In this document: positions 44,162 through 53,906 of the stretch, in pieces
Numbering within the stretch: position 1 is the first letter of the stretch
How the letters are laid out: the number at the start of each line of letters is the position of its first letter
Origin: a virus
Lineage: Duplodnaviria; Caudoviricetes
DNA: 64,000 nt
Reading direction: 5' to 3' (one strand)
Virus record (IMG/VR): IMGVR_UViG_3300037067_002687
Location: 6,734 to 70,733 of that record
Made by a program: the position numbers and the translations under genes
Notes under the pieces: generated by a model
Database searches by the model: none
Told to the model about the DNA's origin: nothing
The model's input: only the letters and a program-made list of their open reading frames with translations

Positions 44162-44452
44162 TTACGTGTCAAAAAGAGTCAGGTCAATAAGCCCCTGCCT
44201 GAGCGAAGTCAGGAGCGTAAACACGCTGCCGATGTCGTCTCTGGCAAGATTGAGGTTTTCGATAATCGTGGCCGTGCTGGCATCGCCGGCGGTGATTGGC
44301 TGGGTCTGGGCGGAAAGGGCCCCGCTTGACGTGGACTTCTCAAGGGCAGCTAGTTGCTTGCTGATGGAGTTGAGGTTCAGTATCGCACGACGCACCGCTT
44401 CCGGACTGGCGGCATTAGGAATCGACATCGGTATGGCAAACACTCCAGCCAT
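44162..44452 (-). CDS. small structural protein (helical)
   Basis: 96-aa ORF in the tail operon. Confidence 0.55.
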   Translation of the reverse strand: MAGVFAIPMSIPNAASPEAVRRAILNLNSISKQLAALEKSTSSGALSAQTQPITAGDASTATIIENLNLARDDIGSVFTLLTSLRQGLIDLTLFDT

Positions 44453-44455
44453 GTG

Positions 44456-46258
44456 TTACTGCCTCTGCTTCCCACGGGGGAGAACGTTCAATGTTATCTG
44501 TTCAAGGGCCCATCGGTGCGCGGACGACAATCGCAAGGACGCCGCGCCAGAGTCAACCCTGGGATGGAAGCTACGGGACCGGCCGCCCGGAATCACGCCG
44601 GTCGCCCTCGGCTTGACCGTGGATTCAATTTCGGAACAACTACGCGACGTGTAAAGCGCCCAATTCACCGGACCGGAACCCGCGGCGGTGGTGCCGATGA
44701 TTTCGGAAATGATTCCATGATTGTAGTCGTCGCCACCCGGTCGGAAGGGACCGAGGAAGACAAAGGAATCGAACGCAATACCATCGTCCTCTTCGGTGGC
44801 ATCGTCGTATTCGCGGATGTAACCGTCCGTGCATCCCAGGAAGACGCGGTTCTCTGAGGATGGGTCTGCCGCATAGGACAACATGGACGTTGGCTGGTGG
44901 GCATCCGCTAGGACGACCGGCCAGTACCCCTTCGTTTCTCCGGTAACTTGCACCCACCAATGGGTTCCAGTAGTACCATCCGAAGGTGTTATGTTGATGT
45001 GGACTCCGCCATGGTGCCCATCGTAGCACATGACCACTGTGTTTTCGGCGGTGTCGATGTCAATCAAGTCTTCTGGGATGGCATTCCTGGATATTGGCGT
45101 CGGGTAGGTTCCTGAGCCGGGGGAAATCGAATAAAGGCCGTCCCTGGCCAAGAAGAACAGCGAGGAATCCGGCAGGCGACACCAGGAAGAAGCACCGGCC
45201 ACGCCGACACCGCGCGACAGGCAATCAAGCTGGCCGCCGGACGCCGGGTCGCCACGGAAAATCCAAAGGCTGTTTTCGCATCCCAGTAGGAGATAGTCGT
45301 CCGAGTAGGGTATCAGGGCACGAATCGGCTCTCCGGGGGTTCCAGCGGATGAGGCGGTTCCAGCGACGGCCGTTGCTGGGTCGGTAACGTCAGCGCCGTA
45401 GTCCCAGTTGGTCGGGTCCCCTTGGCGACTCATGTACCAGATATGGTCCGGCCCGGCGAGGACAAGCCTATCACGGTAAAGCGCCATCAACGGGCATCCC
45501 AAGGGGGTATTGCCAGCCGTGGGAAGCAGCATGTCCATAATTCCGGTCTTTGGGTCGAGTACCACGGGGCATCGACGAATCTCATAAGCTACCGTGCTTG
45601 TTCCGTTCGGGCAATCGAGAGTGATAGACCCGACGCCGATGGCAATGATGGCGTAGGTCCCGGTCGTGGCAGAACCGTCCTTAATGACAATCTGACAGGC
45701 CGACGAATCCATGGAAATCCCGCGTGCCGAAAAGTCCGGTATCGACGCATCCGTCAAGACGCCGTCCGTGAGAGTACCCGACAGTCCGGACGCTTCAATC
45801 GGCCCGTGGTCCGCAATGTAGAGGTTCTGCGCCCGTTCGGCAACCTGAAGACTATCCACGCTCCCATTGAGCGTTGACGTACCTAGGGCTAACTCGGAAA
45901 TCGACTCGGTCGTTATCGCTTCACCTGCCTCCGTCAATAGAAACCCAACCCCGTAGGAGATTAGGTTTCCGTCCGAAACATGATGCACCAGACCGCCGGC
46001 CGACGCCACAAACACACGACTCAGGGCACCGGCCGCATCAACCACCGACACGCCGGCCATGAATTGAACGGGCTGGGCGTTTTCGGCGGCTTGGTCGTAA
46101 ACCTTGCGTAATCCGGGGCGGCTGCCACCACGCAGCCGACGGTCGAACGTGCAGGTAGCCCGCATGTTCTGGCACGAATACGTCGTGGTCTTGTCCTGCT
46201 TTGACAAGGCACTACGGCGATTCAGTCCTGCAACCGGAAAGTCTAGGCTTGAGGCCAT
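44456..46258 (-). CDS. tail nozzle/tubular protein B (P22 gp10/T7 gp12-like)
   Basis: 600 aa; YRDRLVL...IWYMSRQGDP.NW, YSDDYLLL, LFFLARDG beta-propeller pattern. Confidence 0.75.
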   Translation of the reverse strand: MASSLDFPVAGLNRRSALSKQDKTTTYSCQNMRATCTFDRRLRGGSRPGLRKVYDQAAENAQPVQFMAGVSVVDAAGALSRVFVASAGGLVHHVSDGNLISYGVGFLLTEAGEAITTESISELALGTSTLNGSVDSLQVAERAQNLYIADHGPIEASGLSGTLTDGVLTDASIPDFSARGISMDSSACQIVIKDGSATTGTYAIIAIGVGSITLDCPNGTSTVAYEIRRCPVVLDPKTGIMDMLLPTAGNTPLGCPLMALYRDRLVLAGPDHIWYMSRQGDPTNWDYGADVTDPATAVAGTASSAGTPGEPIRALIPYSDDYLLLGCENSLWIFRGDPASGGQLDCLSRGVGVAGASSWCRLPDSSLFFLARDGLYSISPGSGTYPTPISRNAIPEDLIDIDTAENTVVMCYDGHHGGVHINITPSDGTTGTHWWVQVTGETKGYWPVVLADAHQPTSMLSYAADPSSENRVFLGCTDGYIREYDDATEEDDGIAFDSFVFLGPFRPGGDDYNHGIISEIIGTTAAGSGPVNWALYTSRSCSEIESTVKPRATGVIPGGRSRSFHPRVDSGAASLRLSSAHRWALEQITLNVLPRGKQRQ

Positions 46259-46278
46259 TGGTTCACTTCAGGGGTGAT

Positions 46279-46326
46279 AAAAAGCGACACACCCCGGCGG
46301 ACGCAGTGCATAGGTCCGCCAGGGTG
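46279..46326 (-). terminator. probable intrinsic terminator
   Basis: - strand CACCCTGGCGGAC/GTCCGCCGGGGTG stem, then TGTCGCTTTTT. Confidence 0.6.
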
Positions 46327-46341
46327 CGCCAGGGATACGAA

Positions 46342-47538
46342 TTACGCCGCGTCGTCAAGACTGTTCGCGGCAAGGTACACCACGCGAACACGGACAAGTT
46401 GGGTGGCACCACCCGTGAACTTCTCCGTGGCAGCCGTGGAGCCGTCAGCCTTGACGGCATACAGGGCGAGAGTCTCGCCCGCATTCACCGCCCAGTCGGG
46501 AACGGTGTCAATCTTGGCGTTCTTGGTCAGAGCGCTCGTGACGCCATACTTGACCACCGAGCCGGTGATTCCAAGGCCAATCTTCGCGAGCAGGTCGTCT
46601 CCGGAGGCGTCACCAGTGATGGTTGCCTGGAGGTTTGCCTGAGCCGACAAGACAACAGCACCCGCGGGAACCGCAAGGGTCGTGTTGGTGGTGACGGCGT
46701 TCGTCAATTCGACAATCTCGTCGTAGACCTTGACCTCCAGGCCCTCAGTGGCTGTCTTGCCGAAGCGTGCGACAACGGCGGGGGTTGCGGCACCAGCTAT
46801 GGCCGTCAACGCCCCCTCGTATCCGACGTTCCGGAAATTGGAGACGTCCTTGCCTGCACTGGCGACAACCGCCTTGCTGGCAACGACCGTTCCGATAATG
46901 GCAGCATCGAGAACATTCGCCTCGGCCACCGAGATGGCCGCCGTGGACTGCAACAGATACGACGCAGCAATGCCAGGGTCGGCAAGATGGACTGCGGTGG
47001 CTTGGCCCATGGCGTCCGCATTCACCGTTACTGCCGTATTGCCGGTCTGGTCGGTGCAGGACAGTACCAGCTTTCCGCTGGCGGTCGTAGTGGGAAACAC
47101 CTGCACGGTGCCAGCGGTGGCATCCGCGCCGGCATTCACGGTCGTACCGGTCAACTCGGTCGCTGAGTACGAGGTTGCTGACACACCCGCAACGTTCGTC
47201 CCTTCGCCGGCCGCGACGCGCCAGCGATTGCCCGAGGCCGTCGGAATCGAGTGCAGCAGCACCCAGTCTCCCGCCGTGTTGAAGGTAATCGTCGTATTGC
47301 CGCCCTGGTCGTACCCGGAGGTGACAGTAAGGACGGTGTCGCCTCCATCGGTGTACATGGCGATGAGGCAGTTGAGGCCGGGACGCACCGGAACGGGCAG
47401 GACGCGAGTCTCAATGCCTGCGCTTACGAGAGGCACGACAATGAAGTCTCGGTCCACCGAAATCGACCCTGCATTGCCGGGGTCGTTTCCGACGTACTCG
47501 GACATGGACAAATCTTGCAAAAGCCTGTGGGCGCTCAT
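46342..47538 (-). CDS. virion structural protein (fibre/decoration-like)
   Basis: A/T/G/V-rich, ~398 aa from ATG 47538. Confidence 0.65.
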   Translation of the reverse strand: MSAHRLLQDLSMSEYVGNDPGNAGSISVDRDFIVVPLVSAGIETRVLPVPVRPGLNCLIAMYTDGGDTVLTVTSGYDQGGNTTITFNTAGDWVLLHSIPTASGNRWRVAAGEGTNVAGVSATSYSATELTGTTVNAGADATAGTVQVFPTTTASGKLVLSCTDQTGNTAVTVNADAMGQATAVHLADPGIAASYLLQSTAAISVAEANVLDAAIIGTVVASKAVVASAGKDVSNFRNVGYEGALTAIAGAATPAVVARFGKTATEGLEVKVYDEIVELTNAVTTNTTLAVPAGAVVLSAQANLQATITGDASGDDLLAKIGLGITGSVVKYGVTSALTKNAKIDTVPDWAVNAGETLALYAVKADGSTAATEKFTGGATQLVRVRVVYLAANSLDDAA

Positions 47539-47584
47539 ATTGTAAACCCTTTCGTTTTGGTTGCTGCGGAAGCATCCGCATTCA

Positions 47585-47902
47585 TTATTTGATTTCCGAA
47601 ATCGACGTGTAAACGGTCCCGGCGGCGTTGCCCACCATCTTGATGAAGCGAGCCCCAAGGATTGTGGACGGAAGCGCGTAACACTTACCGGCAGCCACTG
47701 TCAACGCTACTGCCGCTTCTCCGCTGTAGACCGGCAGGAATGTTCCGTCGGAGCAAGGCGCGGCATGGAACGTCAGCGTATTGATTGAACTCCCGCTAGG
47801 TACGTAGACCATCCCGTAGTTGGCGGCACCGTAAGCAAGCTCTGCGGTGGTCGTCGCGCTGTTGGTTATGGCTAGTGTTTCGTAACGGCTGTACATGAAC
47901 AA
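47585..47902 (-). CDS. small structural protein
   Basis: AGGAG RBS; beta-rich 105 aa. Confidence 0.6.
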   Translation of the reverse strand: MFMYSRYETLAITNSATTTAELAYGAANYGMVYVPSGSSINTLTFHAAPCSDGTFLPVYSGEAAVALTVAAGKCYALPSTILGARFIKMVGNAAGTVYTSISEIK

Positions 47903-47906
47903 GCTC

Positions 47907-50480
47907 CTAGTAATAAACGCCGTTGTAGGACGTTAGGTTGTCGCATTCGCGATGGTAATTGAACGTGCCGAATCCAGGACGGTCGCTGGAGTCTCGGTTG
48001 TACCCAAGGTAGGCTGGCGCCGAAGCCTTGCGGTCCTGCCCGACGGAAGCAAACAGAAGCTCCTTGAACTTCCCCGCATGACCGCCGGAAGTGGAACCCA
48101 TCAACTCCTCAGCGGCCGACAGACACGCCTCGATAATCGTCTGCGCGTGCATTTGCGCACCGAGGGGGTACTGACGGTTCGAGTCAATCGCCATCGCATT
48201 GACGCGATAGCAGAAGTCCAGGACGTAATCCCCGTCGGGAACCGGAAAGAGCCACAACTCCCAACGCAACGGCCCCTGGCCGTCCGGCTTCTTACTTTTG
48301 GTGCAAGCGTACATCGGACGCGAAGCCGAGTGGTCGTTCGCTAATCTAGCCCGGATTTGATGCTCGCCAATGATTTCGATGGGAGAATAGACGACCGACT
48401 CATTCTGAGCAAACGTGATGGGTCCAATGATAGCCGAGTAGTCTTGGGGCAAGTCGTAAATGTACGTACCCGAAACGCACTCAATCGACCCCATTGGACG
48501 GAGGAACGACCAGTCGTGACCCGCTTGCTCGCCGGGAAGAGGCAGCGGATTGTAAAATTGTCTGAGCCCGTCCTGGATAGCCATATCGACACGACGTCGC
48601 TCCTCGGTACTCCAGGCTGCAACATCCCATCCGAACCCCATGAGATTCCCCACACGCTTCAGGAGCGTCCCGTAGGTGATGTCGAGGGTTGTTTCGCCCT
48701 TGTCGGCCAGAGGCCACGTCACGTCGCTTGGTGTCTTCCGCGAGTCTGTCGTAATGCTGGCGCCCAGCAGGGCGGTGTACCGCTCTTTGAATTGGGTCCC
48801 GCCCTTGATTCGCTCCTCCGCGGCCGACATGCAGGAGGCTAGGATGGTCTCGGCGTGGTCCACTCCGCCCATCGGGTAAGGGGCATCCACCGTCAATCGG
48901 TAAGGCACCGCGCGATAACGGAAGTTGATGCTATGAACAGCGGACGGCGCCGGGTAGAAGATTGCTTCCCAGCGTTGACGCGACTGACCGTCACTCTTCT
49001 TGGCACGAATGCAGACGTACTCCGGCGGACCCGATTCGTGATGGTCCGTTAGCATATCGCGGAGTCTGTCCTCGCTGATTTCCTGGACGTGGGTTTGCTC
49101 CTCTCCGGTGGAGAAGTGCATGTCGCCGATGATGTTTCCCGTGAAGCACTCCGGCATATCGTAAGCCGACGTGCCGGCGGACGTAACGAGGGCATCCGTG
49201 GTCAGCAGGAACGACCAAACATGAGGCGGTTGACCCTCCAGGGGCTTCGGTTGATAGAATTGGCGTAGGCCCGATTGAATCAACTCGTCCACCAGGAGAA
49301 CTTGGTCCCGCGACCACTTTGACCTGTCCCAGCCGTAATCCAGGACTTGGCCGACGTGCTTCTGGATGTCAAAATACGTCAAGTCGAGCGTGAGGGTCGC
49401 ATCATGCGTGATGGGCCATGTGTCTTTCGGGACGTCCGGGGCCATGCTGCCGTCAATCTTGGCGCTGTTGGCCATGTAGGCGGCAAACCGTTCACGATGC
49501 AGGCCCGACTTGTCCGAAGACCATTCCTCGGCAAGAGCTAGGCACGACTCGATAATCGTCTTGGCGTGCATCGCCCCGCCGAGAGGATACGGCGCCAATT
49601 CCGAAAGCATCGGCGGGACAATGTCGTACCTGTAAGTCAGGGTGTGCGCGGTACGGGGCGTCGGATAAAACACAATCTCCCAGGTCTGCACGGCCATCCC
49701 CGTAGAGGACTTCGGCCGGATGGCGAAATAGGACGGGCTGCCCCACTCGCCTTTCGAGGACCGCAACAGGCGGATTTGCTGTTCGGAGATTTCAGTGGGG
49801 GGCGGAATGGCGCTGTCCGCTTCGTAGGAAAACGAACGGGCATTCCCGCCGAAGTCGGCCGGCAACTGGTAGACGCTGTTGGCGTCGGCGAGAGTGATGG
49901 TCGCTTGCGGACTCAGGAACGACCAGCGGATGGTGTTTCCGTCCTGGAGCGGTCCGGGCCAATAAAACTGGCGAAGACCATTACGAATCAAGTCCTCAAT
50001 CGTCGCCGATTCCTCGGTGGTCCATTCCGTGAAGTCTCGGGTCCAGCCAAGGTATCTGGCAATCTCTGACCGAAGCTGACCGTAGGTGACGCCCAGGTCG
50101 GCCTCTTGCTCATACAAGGCGCGGACCGGCAAGACTTGAAGCTCGAACGCTGCCGTAGCGGTGGTGGTGTCGGTCAGGGTGAAGGTGAAAACGACCTGAT
50201 AAAACCTACCGGCAACCGGCATGTAGGACGGCGGAAGCTCGTAGCGGAAGTTGTAACCTTCGGCGTCCGGTTGGTCGCCCGGCCAGGGCTGCAAGGTGTC
50301 GAATATCGAAGAAGCGGCCGACACGGTGAACGTTGAAGACAGGTCGGTGTCCAGGTCCTTGACCTTGCAGGAAATCAAGGAAATATCCACCAGCTTGAGG
50401 TCGGCGCCAAGAGACGACGACACCCTCGCCATGAGGGAAGCCGTGGAGCCGAGATAAATCTGACCTGTAACTACGGACAT
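47907..50480 (-). CDS. head-tail adaptor/ring-like protein with three tandem ~235-aa repeats
   Basis: Repeats begin at ~50087, ~49379 and ~48677 (TY...GLRQFY.P...WSFL...YP.GG..HA.TI..SC...AEE); ~130-aa beta N-domain. Confidence 0.75.
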   Translation of the reverse strand: MSVVTGQIYLGSTASLMARVSSSLGADLKLVDISLISCKVKDLDTDLSSTFTVSAASSIFDTLQPWPGDQPDAEGYNFRYELPPSYMPVAGRFYQVVFTFTLTDTTTATAAFELQVLPVRALYEQEADLGVTYGQLRSEIARYLGWTRDFTEWTTEESATIEDLIRNGLRQFYWPGPLQDGNTIRWSFLSPQATITLADANSVYQLPADFGGNARSFSYEADSAIPPPTEISEQQIRLLRSSKGEWGSPSYFAIRPKSSTGMAVQTWEIVFYPTPRTAHTLTYRYDIVPPMLSELAPYPLGGAMHAKTIIESCLALAEEWSSDKSGLHRERFAAYMANSAKIDGSMAPDVPKDTWPITHDATLTLDLTYFDIQKHVGQVLDYGWDRSKWSRDQVLLVDELIQSGLRQFYQPKPLEGQPPHVWSFLLTTDALVTSAGTSAYDMPECFTGNIIGDMHFSTGEEQTHVQEISEDRLRDMLTDHHESGPPEYVCIRAKKSDGQSRQRWEAIFYPAPSAVHSINFRYRAVPYRLTVDAPYPMGGVDHAETILASCMSAAEERIKGGTQFKERYTALLGASITTDSRKTPSDVTWPLADKGETTLDITYGTLLKRVGNLMGFGWDVAAWSTEERRRVDMAIQDGLRQFYNPLPLPGEQAGHDWSFLRPMGSIECVSGTYIYDLPQDYSAIIGPITFAQNESVVYSPIEIIGEHQIRARLANDHSASRPMYACTKSKKPDGQGPLRWELWLFPVPDGDYVLDFCYRVNAMAIDSNRQYPLGAQMHAQTIIEACLSAAEELMGSTSGGHAGKFKELLFASVGQDRKASAPAYLGYNRDSSDRPGFGTFNYHRECDNLTSYNGVYY

Positions 50481-50481
50481 C

Positions 50482-50784
50482 CTAGATACCTCTAATTGAA
50501 CCGATTGTCGTCCTGCCGCTCGATGCTATCGCCGAAACCATTCCCGGTGAGGAAATAACCGTTACTGCACCGAGCCCTCCATTGATAACTCCCGTAATCG
50601 AAAGCCTAGAGTAGGAAATCCTCTGGACTGAACCAAGGCTTCCGCTAATAACCCCCGCTATGACCTCATATTCCGGTATTAAGGTGGTGACGCTTGTCTC
50701 AGCTAACCCGTGAAGGTCCGCTGAGCGGAAGGCCCAGGCTGCCAGTGCGTTACTGCGTAATGCGTAGCTTCCTGGACGGGCCAT
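50482..50784 (-). CDS. hypothetical structural protein
   Basis: ATG 50784 overlaps the stop of the upstream gene; I/G/S-rich. Confidence 0.5.
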   Translation of the reverse strand: MARPGSYALRSNALAAWAFRSADLHGLAETSVTTLIPEYEVIAGVISGSLGSVQRISYSRLSITGVINGGLGAVTVISSPGMVSAIASSGRTTIGSIRGI

Positions 50785-51356
50785 TATGTCACCGTGTAGG
50801 TTGTCGCGGTCCTGTTCCCTGACCCGTCGTCGGTGAACCTGACTCTGTCTGTTTCTCCTGTAATTGAGACGAAAGTCTCGGTTCCTGTCTGGCCGCCGTA
50901 CACCTTGCCAAGCAAGATGGCCGCCATCAGTCGAAGCACTTGACGCAACGTAAACCCCGTCTCCACGCCGTTTGGTTTGTCCAAGTGAGCATCCGCCCCT
51001 GCGGTGGCCGTCAGCCATGTGTCCGCATCCGCGGTCTTGATGACTTTCACGTCCGACGGGAAGTAGCCGGTTGCATCCGGAATCCCCGAAACCGTTTTGA
51101 TGACAAAGGACCTTGGCTGGCAATCCGTCAGCGAGAACTTCAAACCGATGGTGTTTCCGTTTAGGTCTGCCGCCGTCAGGTCAATCTTCCAGGCGCCGAA
51201 CGTCGAATCGTAGGAGGCGGCGTTGTCGCAAGCGGCTGGGGTGTCGTCGATGATTCTTTTGCAGGTTGGGGTGCCCGTGGTGATTTCGCTACCGTCGGAC
51301 GTCTTAATGAACGGTCCAATCACGAATCCCGGAACAGCGGTGTTCTTTTTGAACAT
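50784..51356 (-). CDS. virion structural protein
   Basis: 190 aa, T/D/G-rich, TAATG-coupled. Confidence 0.6.
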   Translation of the reverse strand: MFKKNTAVPGFVIGPFIKTSDGSEITTGTPTCKRIIDDTPAACDNAASYDSTFGAWKIDLTAADLNGNTIGLKFSLTDCQPRSFVIKTVSGIPDATGYFPSDVKVIKTADADTWLTATAGADAHLDKPNGVETGFTLRQVLRLMAAILLGKVYGGQTGTETFVSITGETDRVRFTDDGSGNRTATTYTVT

Positions 51357-52258
51357 TAGGCGGCTCCGTAGATGATGGTGGGTGAACTAAACCATGGGCG
51401 ATAGGCAACTATGGACGGAACGGACATGCAGCCGAAATTGGACGCCTTCTCGAAAATTGACATCGGACCGCGATGTCCACCGAATCGGTACAGGTCAAAG
51501 GCTAGCCGCGTATTCAGGTATTTCCGCCAAACAACGCAACCTTCAAACTGGGTTGGCGCGCCTCCCTCATGGATTCCACAAGAAAACGCAGTACCATTCG
51601 ACCCATAATAAACCTTTGCGGTAGGTAGCCCGGTCAGGTTGGACGAACTGATGACAGAGCCTACTCCGGTCTCGATTAGCGGAGAGCGAAACGTGCGAAA
51701 CCTAATGCTGTTTCCATCGTATGACGCTAGTATTAACGAGCTAGTTCCTATCACTGAGTTGGATGCAGTCAGTGTCCTGGTTGTCCCGGCCGCTGTGTAA
51801 ACAGTTATTCTTGGGCGCCCATCCGGAAGAATATCAATCACCCATCCGTAATTACCGCTTGCGTCGCATACTTGCGCATAGAAGAACTCGTCAAGAGGTC
51901 TGACCCAGCAGGCACACGAGAAAATATCCAACGGAAACGTCGATACACCAATTTCGGATAGCCTAGTCAAACACTGACTCCCGATTCCACCGAACGTAGC
52001 CGCCTTTGTCCCGAATCGTCCGTCAAATGAAGGAACATTCGAGAATCCGTCATCTGGATAACCGTACTGCTTAACAACGGGGGACCACCCATTGTTGAAG
52101 TTTGATGCCTTTTTCGCCCAAGCCAGTGGGTATCCGTTCAGGAACGGGAGACAAGCAAGACACATCCCGTCCCATAACTGCGGACGCGCAGCTTCACCTG
52201 CATTTTGTGCAATGCAGCCCGGACTAATAACGTCGGAGTATGTCTTTGTTCCAATCAT
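51356..52258 (-). CDS. LamG/ConA-like domain virion protein (candidate receptor binding)
   Basis: FSCACWVRP...GWVI...LILASYDG pattern; visibly more AT-rich than flanks. Confidence 0.6.
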   Translation of the reverse strand: MIGTKTYSDVISPGCIAQNAGEAARPQLWDGMCLACLPFLNGYPLAWAKKASNFNNGWSPVVKQYGYPDDGFSNVPSFDGRFGTKAATFGGIGSQCLTRLSEIGVSTFPLDIFSCACWVRPLDEFFYAQVCDASGNYGWVIDILPDGRPRITVYTAAGTTRTLTASNSVIGTSSLILASYDGNSIRFRTFRSPLIETGVGSVISSSNLTGLPTAKVYYGSNGTAFSCGIHEGGAPTQFEGCVVWRKYLNTRLAFDLYRFGGHRGPMSIFEKASNFGCMSVPSIVAYRPWFSSPTIIYGAA

Positions 52259-52767
52259 TAAGCGGCAGCCTGGACGTCGTCGGGGATTGGGGTAAGGATT
52301 AACTGGTGGTCGGCGTCGGTGTTGGTTAGGGCCTTGGCGGCCGCGTGCATATAAGCAGCGATGGCTACGTACCTTTCGTAGAGGTACAGTGTTCCGCTCG
52401 CGCCATACGCCTTGTCAACCGCCTCGGCGTAAACGCCGCCAAACTGCGACGTGTTATACAAAAGCGCCGTACTCGTCACTGCGCCGTCGCCGAACGTAAT
52501 GCCTCCATCCGTTAGTGCTGGAGTAGCAGAAGCGCTCGAACTCACCGCGAACAGGAAGACGTAGTCAAGACCGGTAGGCGTGGCAACCCACTTCGTCTTG
52601 AATCTCCAGAGATACCTACCTGGGAGAGAGCCTGCGCCACGGTCCCAAACATTGGAGATTCGCGCATTGCCGGATGCGAGGGCCTTGGGCGTCCAGAGAA
52701 TCGTATCGGAATTGCTTCCGAACGTCACCGGAGTACCTGGAGTGTAGTAGACTTTGTTCGACGACAT
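52258..52767 (-). CDS. virion structural protein
   Basis: 169-aa beta-rich ORF, AGGGG RBS. Confidence 0.6.
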   Translation of the reverse strand: MSSNKVYYTPGTPVTFGSNSDTILWTPKALASGNARISNVWDRGAGSLPGRYLWRFKTKWVATPTGLDYVFLFAVSSSASATPALTDGGITFGDGAVTSTALLYNTSQFGGVYAEAVDKAYGASGTLYLYERYVAIAAYMHAAAKALTNTDADHQLILTPIPDDVQAAA

Positions 52768-52769
52768 CG

Positions 52770-53447
52770 CTACACCCCTTTCACGAGAGAACAGAACCGA
52801 ACCTCGACCGAATGGACCTTTGCGGCCTTGCCTCTGCCGACGACGCTAAGCATGGTTGGCTTCCCAGACTTTTGGCCTATCGTGGAAACTCCCTTGAACG
52901 TCATCGGAACGACGTCGCCACCCTTCGGCTGGAACCAGACTTCCGTCTCCGGTGCCACTTGCGTCCAGTCAACTTCGGGTTTCTCGGGCTCCGGTTTCGC
53001 CTGCGGACCTCTCATGCCTGGAACAGAATCAACCGGAACGGGAGTAGTTTCTCCCGCAAGGATTCCATCATCGCCAATCAAGGCAACGCAGCATCGCGGA
53101 ACCTCAACGGTCTCCGTGGAGCAATCCGGCCGGATGGCGAGCGTGCCCGCCTCCACGAAACCACGAAAGACTCCATAGAAGACCCCGGAATCCGTGCGAA
53201 CTCCAACCCTCACGCTGCCGTCCTGGGACTGATGTCTCCAGTCGATGCGTTCAACCTTCTTCGGTCCCAAAGCGAGACAGAAACCGCACGCGCGAAGCAC
53301 CGAGATAATACCGATGGTTCCCAGCGGGCCGCTATGACCGTCGATGTGGTACATCTTCAGCCACGTCTCGTACTCCTTGGCGATTTCGCCCGAGACTTCC
53401 GTGATTCCGAAACGGGCAAAACTCTCCTCGTCTTGCGGGTGTATCAT
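52770..53447 (-). CDS. hypothetical protein
   Basis: 225-aa ORF in the head-tail operon. Confidence 0.6.
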   Translation of the reverse strand: MIHPQDEESFARFGITEVSGEIAKEYETWLKMYHIDGHSGPLGTIGIISVLRACGFCLALGPKKVERIDWRHQSQDGSVRVGVRTDSGVFYGVFRGFVEAGTLAIRPDCSTETVEVPRCCVALIGDDGILAGETTPVPVDSVPGMRGPQAKPEPEKPEVDWTQVAPETEVWFQPKGGDVVPMTFKGVSTIGQKSGKPTMLSVVGRGKAAKVHSVEVRFCSLVKGV

Positions 53448-53465
53448 GTCATTGCGCCTTTCTTG

Positions 53466-53825
53466 TTACGCCGAAATAATGATTCCTTCCACTTGGCACG
53501 GTGCCGTGTTCGCAATCGCGTAGGGTGCAGCCGCCGCGAAGCGGAACAGCGCGGGCTCTCCGGGAAGTAGTTTCACGACGTCGTCTCCAGTAGCCCCCTC
53601 CCGGATTTCGACGTAGTTGGTTGGGTCACGATTCACCAGGAGGCAGAAGCCGGGCGTGGCGACATCTCCTAGCTCCAGAACCCCAGCAGTGATGCCGACG
53701 GTCTGGGCGAATCGAACGTAGTTGGTCCCCGTCACGGAAAACGTGAGCGGTCCGAACGAAAACGAGGAGGCATAGGACGCCTTCGCGTAAGCGAGCGATG
53801 CGGAAAGTGTCAATTCATTTGCCAT
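53466..53825 (-). CDS. small structural protein
   Basis: AGGAG RBS before ATG 53825; beta-rich. Confidence 0.65.
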   Translation of the reverse strand: MANELTLSASLAYAKASYASSFSFGPLTFSVTGTNYVRFAQTVGITAGVLELGDVATPGFCLLVNRDPTNYVEIREGATGDDVVKLLPGEPALFRFAAAAPYAIANTAPCQVEGIIISA

Positions 53826-53841
53826 AAAACCGCTCCTGCTG

Positions 53842-53880
53842 AAAAAGGCCGGTCGGGACATGGAGGGAACCCGACCGGCC
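53842..53880 (-). terminator. intrinsic terminator
   Basis: 11-bp GGCCGGTCGGG/CCCGACCGGCC stem + TTTTT on - strand. Confidence 0.85.
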
Positions 53881-53906
53881 AGGCGCAACGACAACTGCGA
53901 TTGCGA

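Noticed and set aside
46201-47166. 321-aa + strand ORF
   Set aside because: Antisense shadow of structural gene 46342-47538; expected from GC-rich codon bias; no RBS or motif
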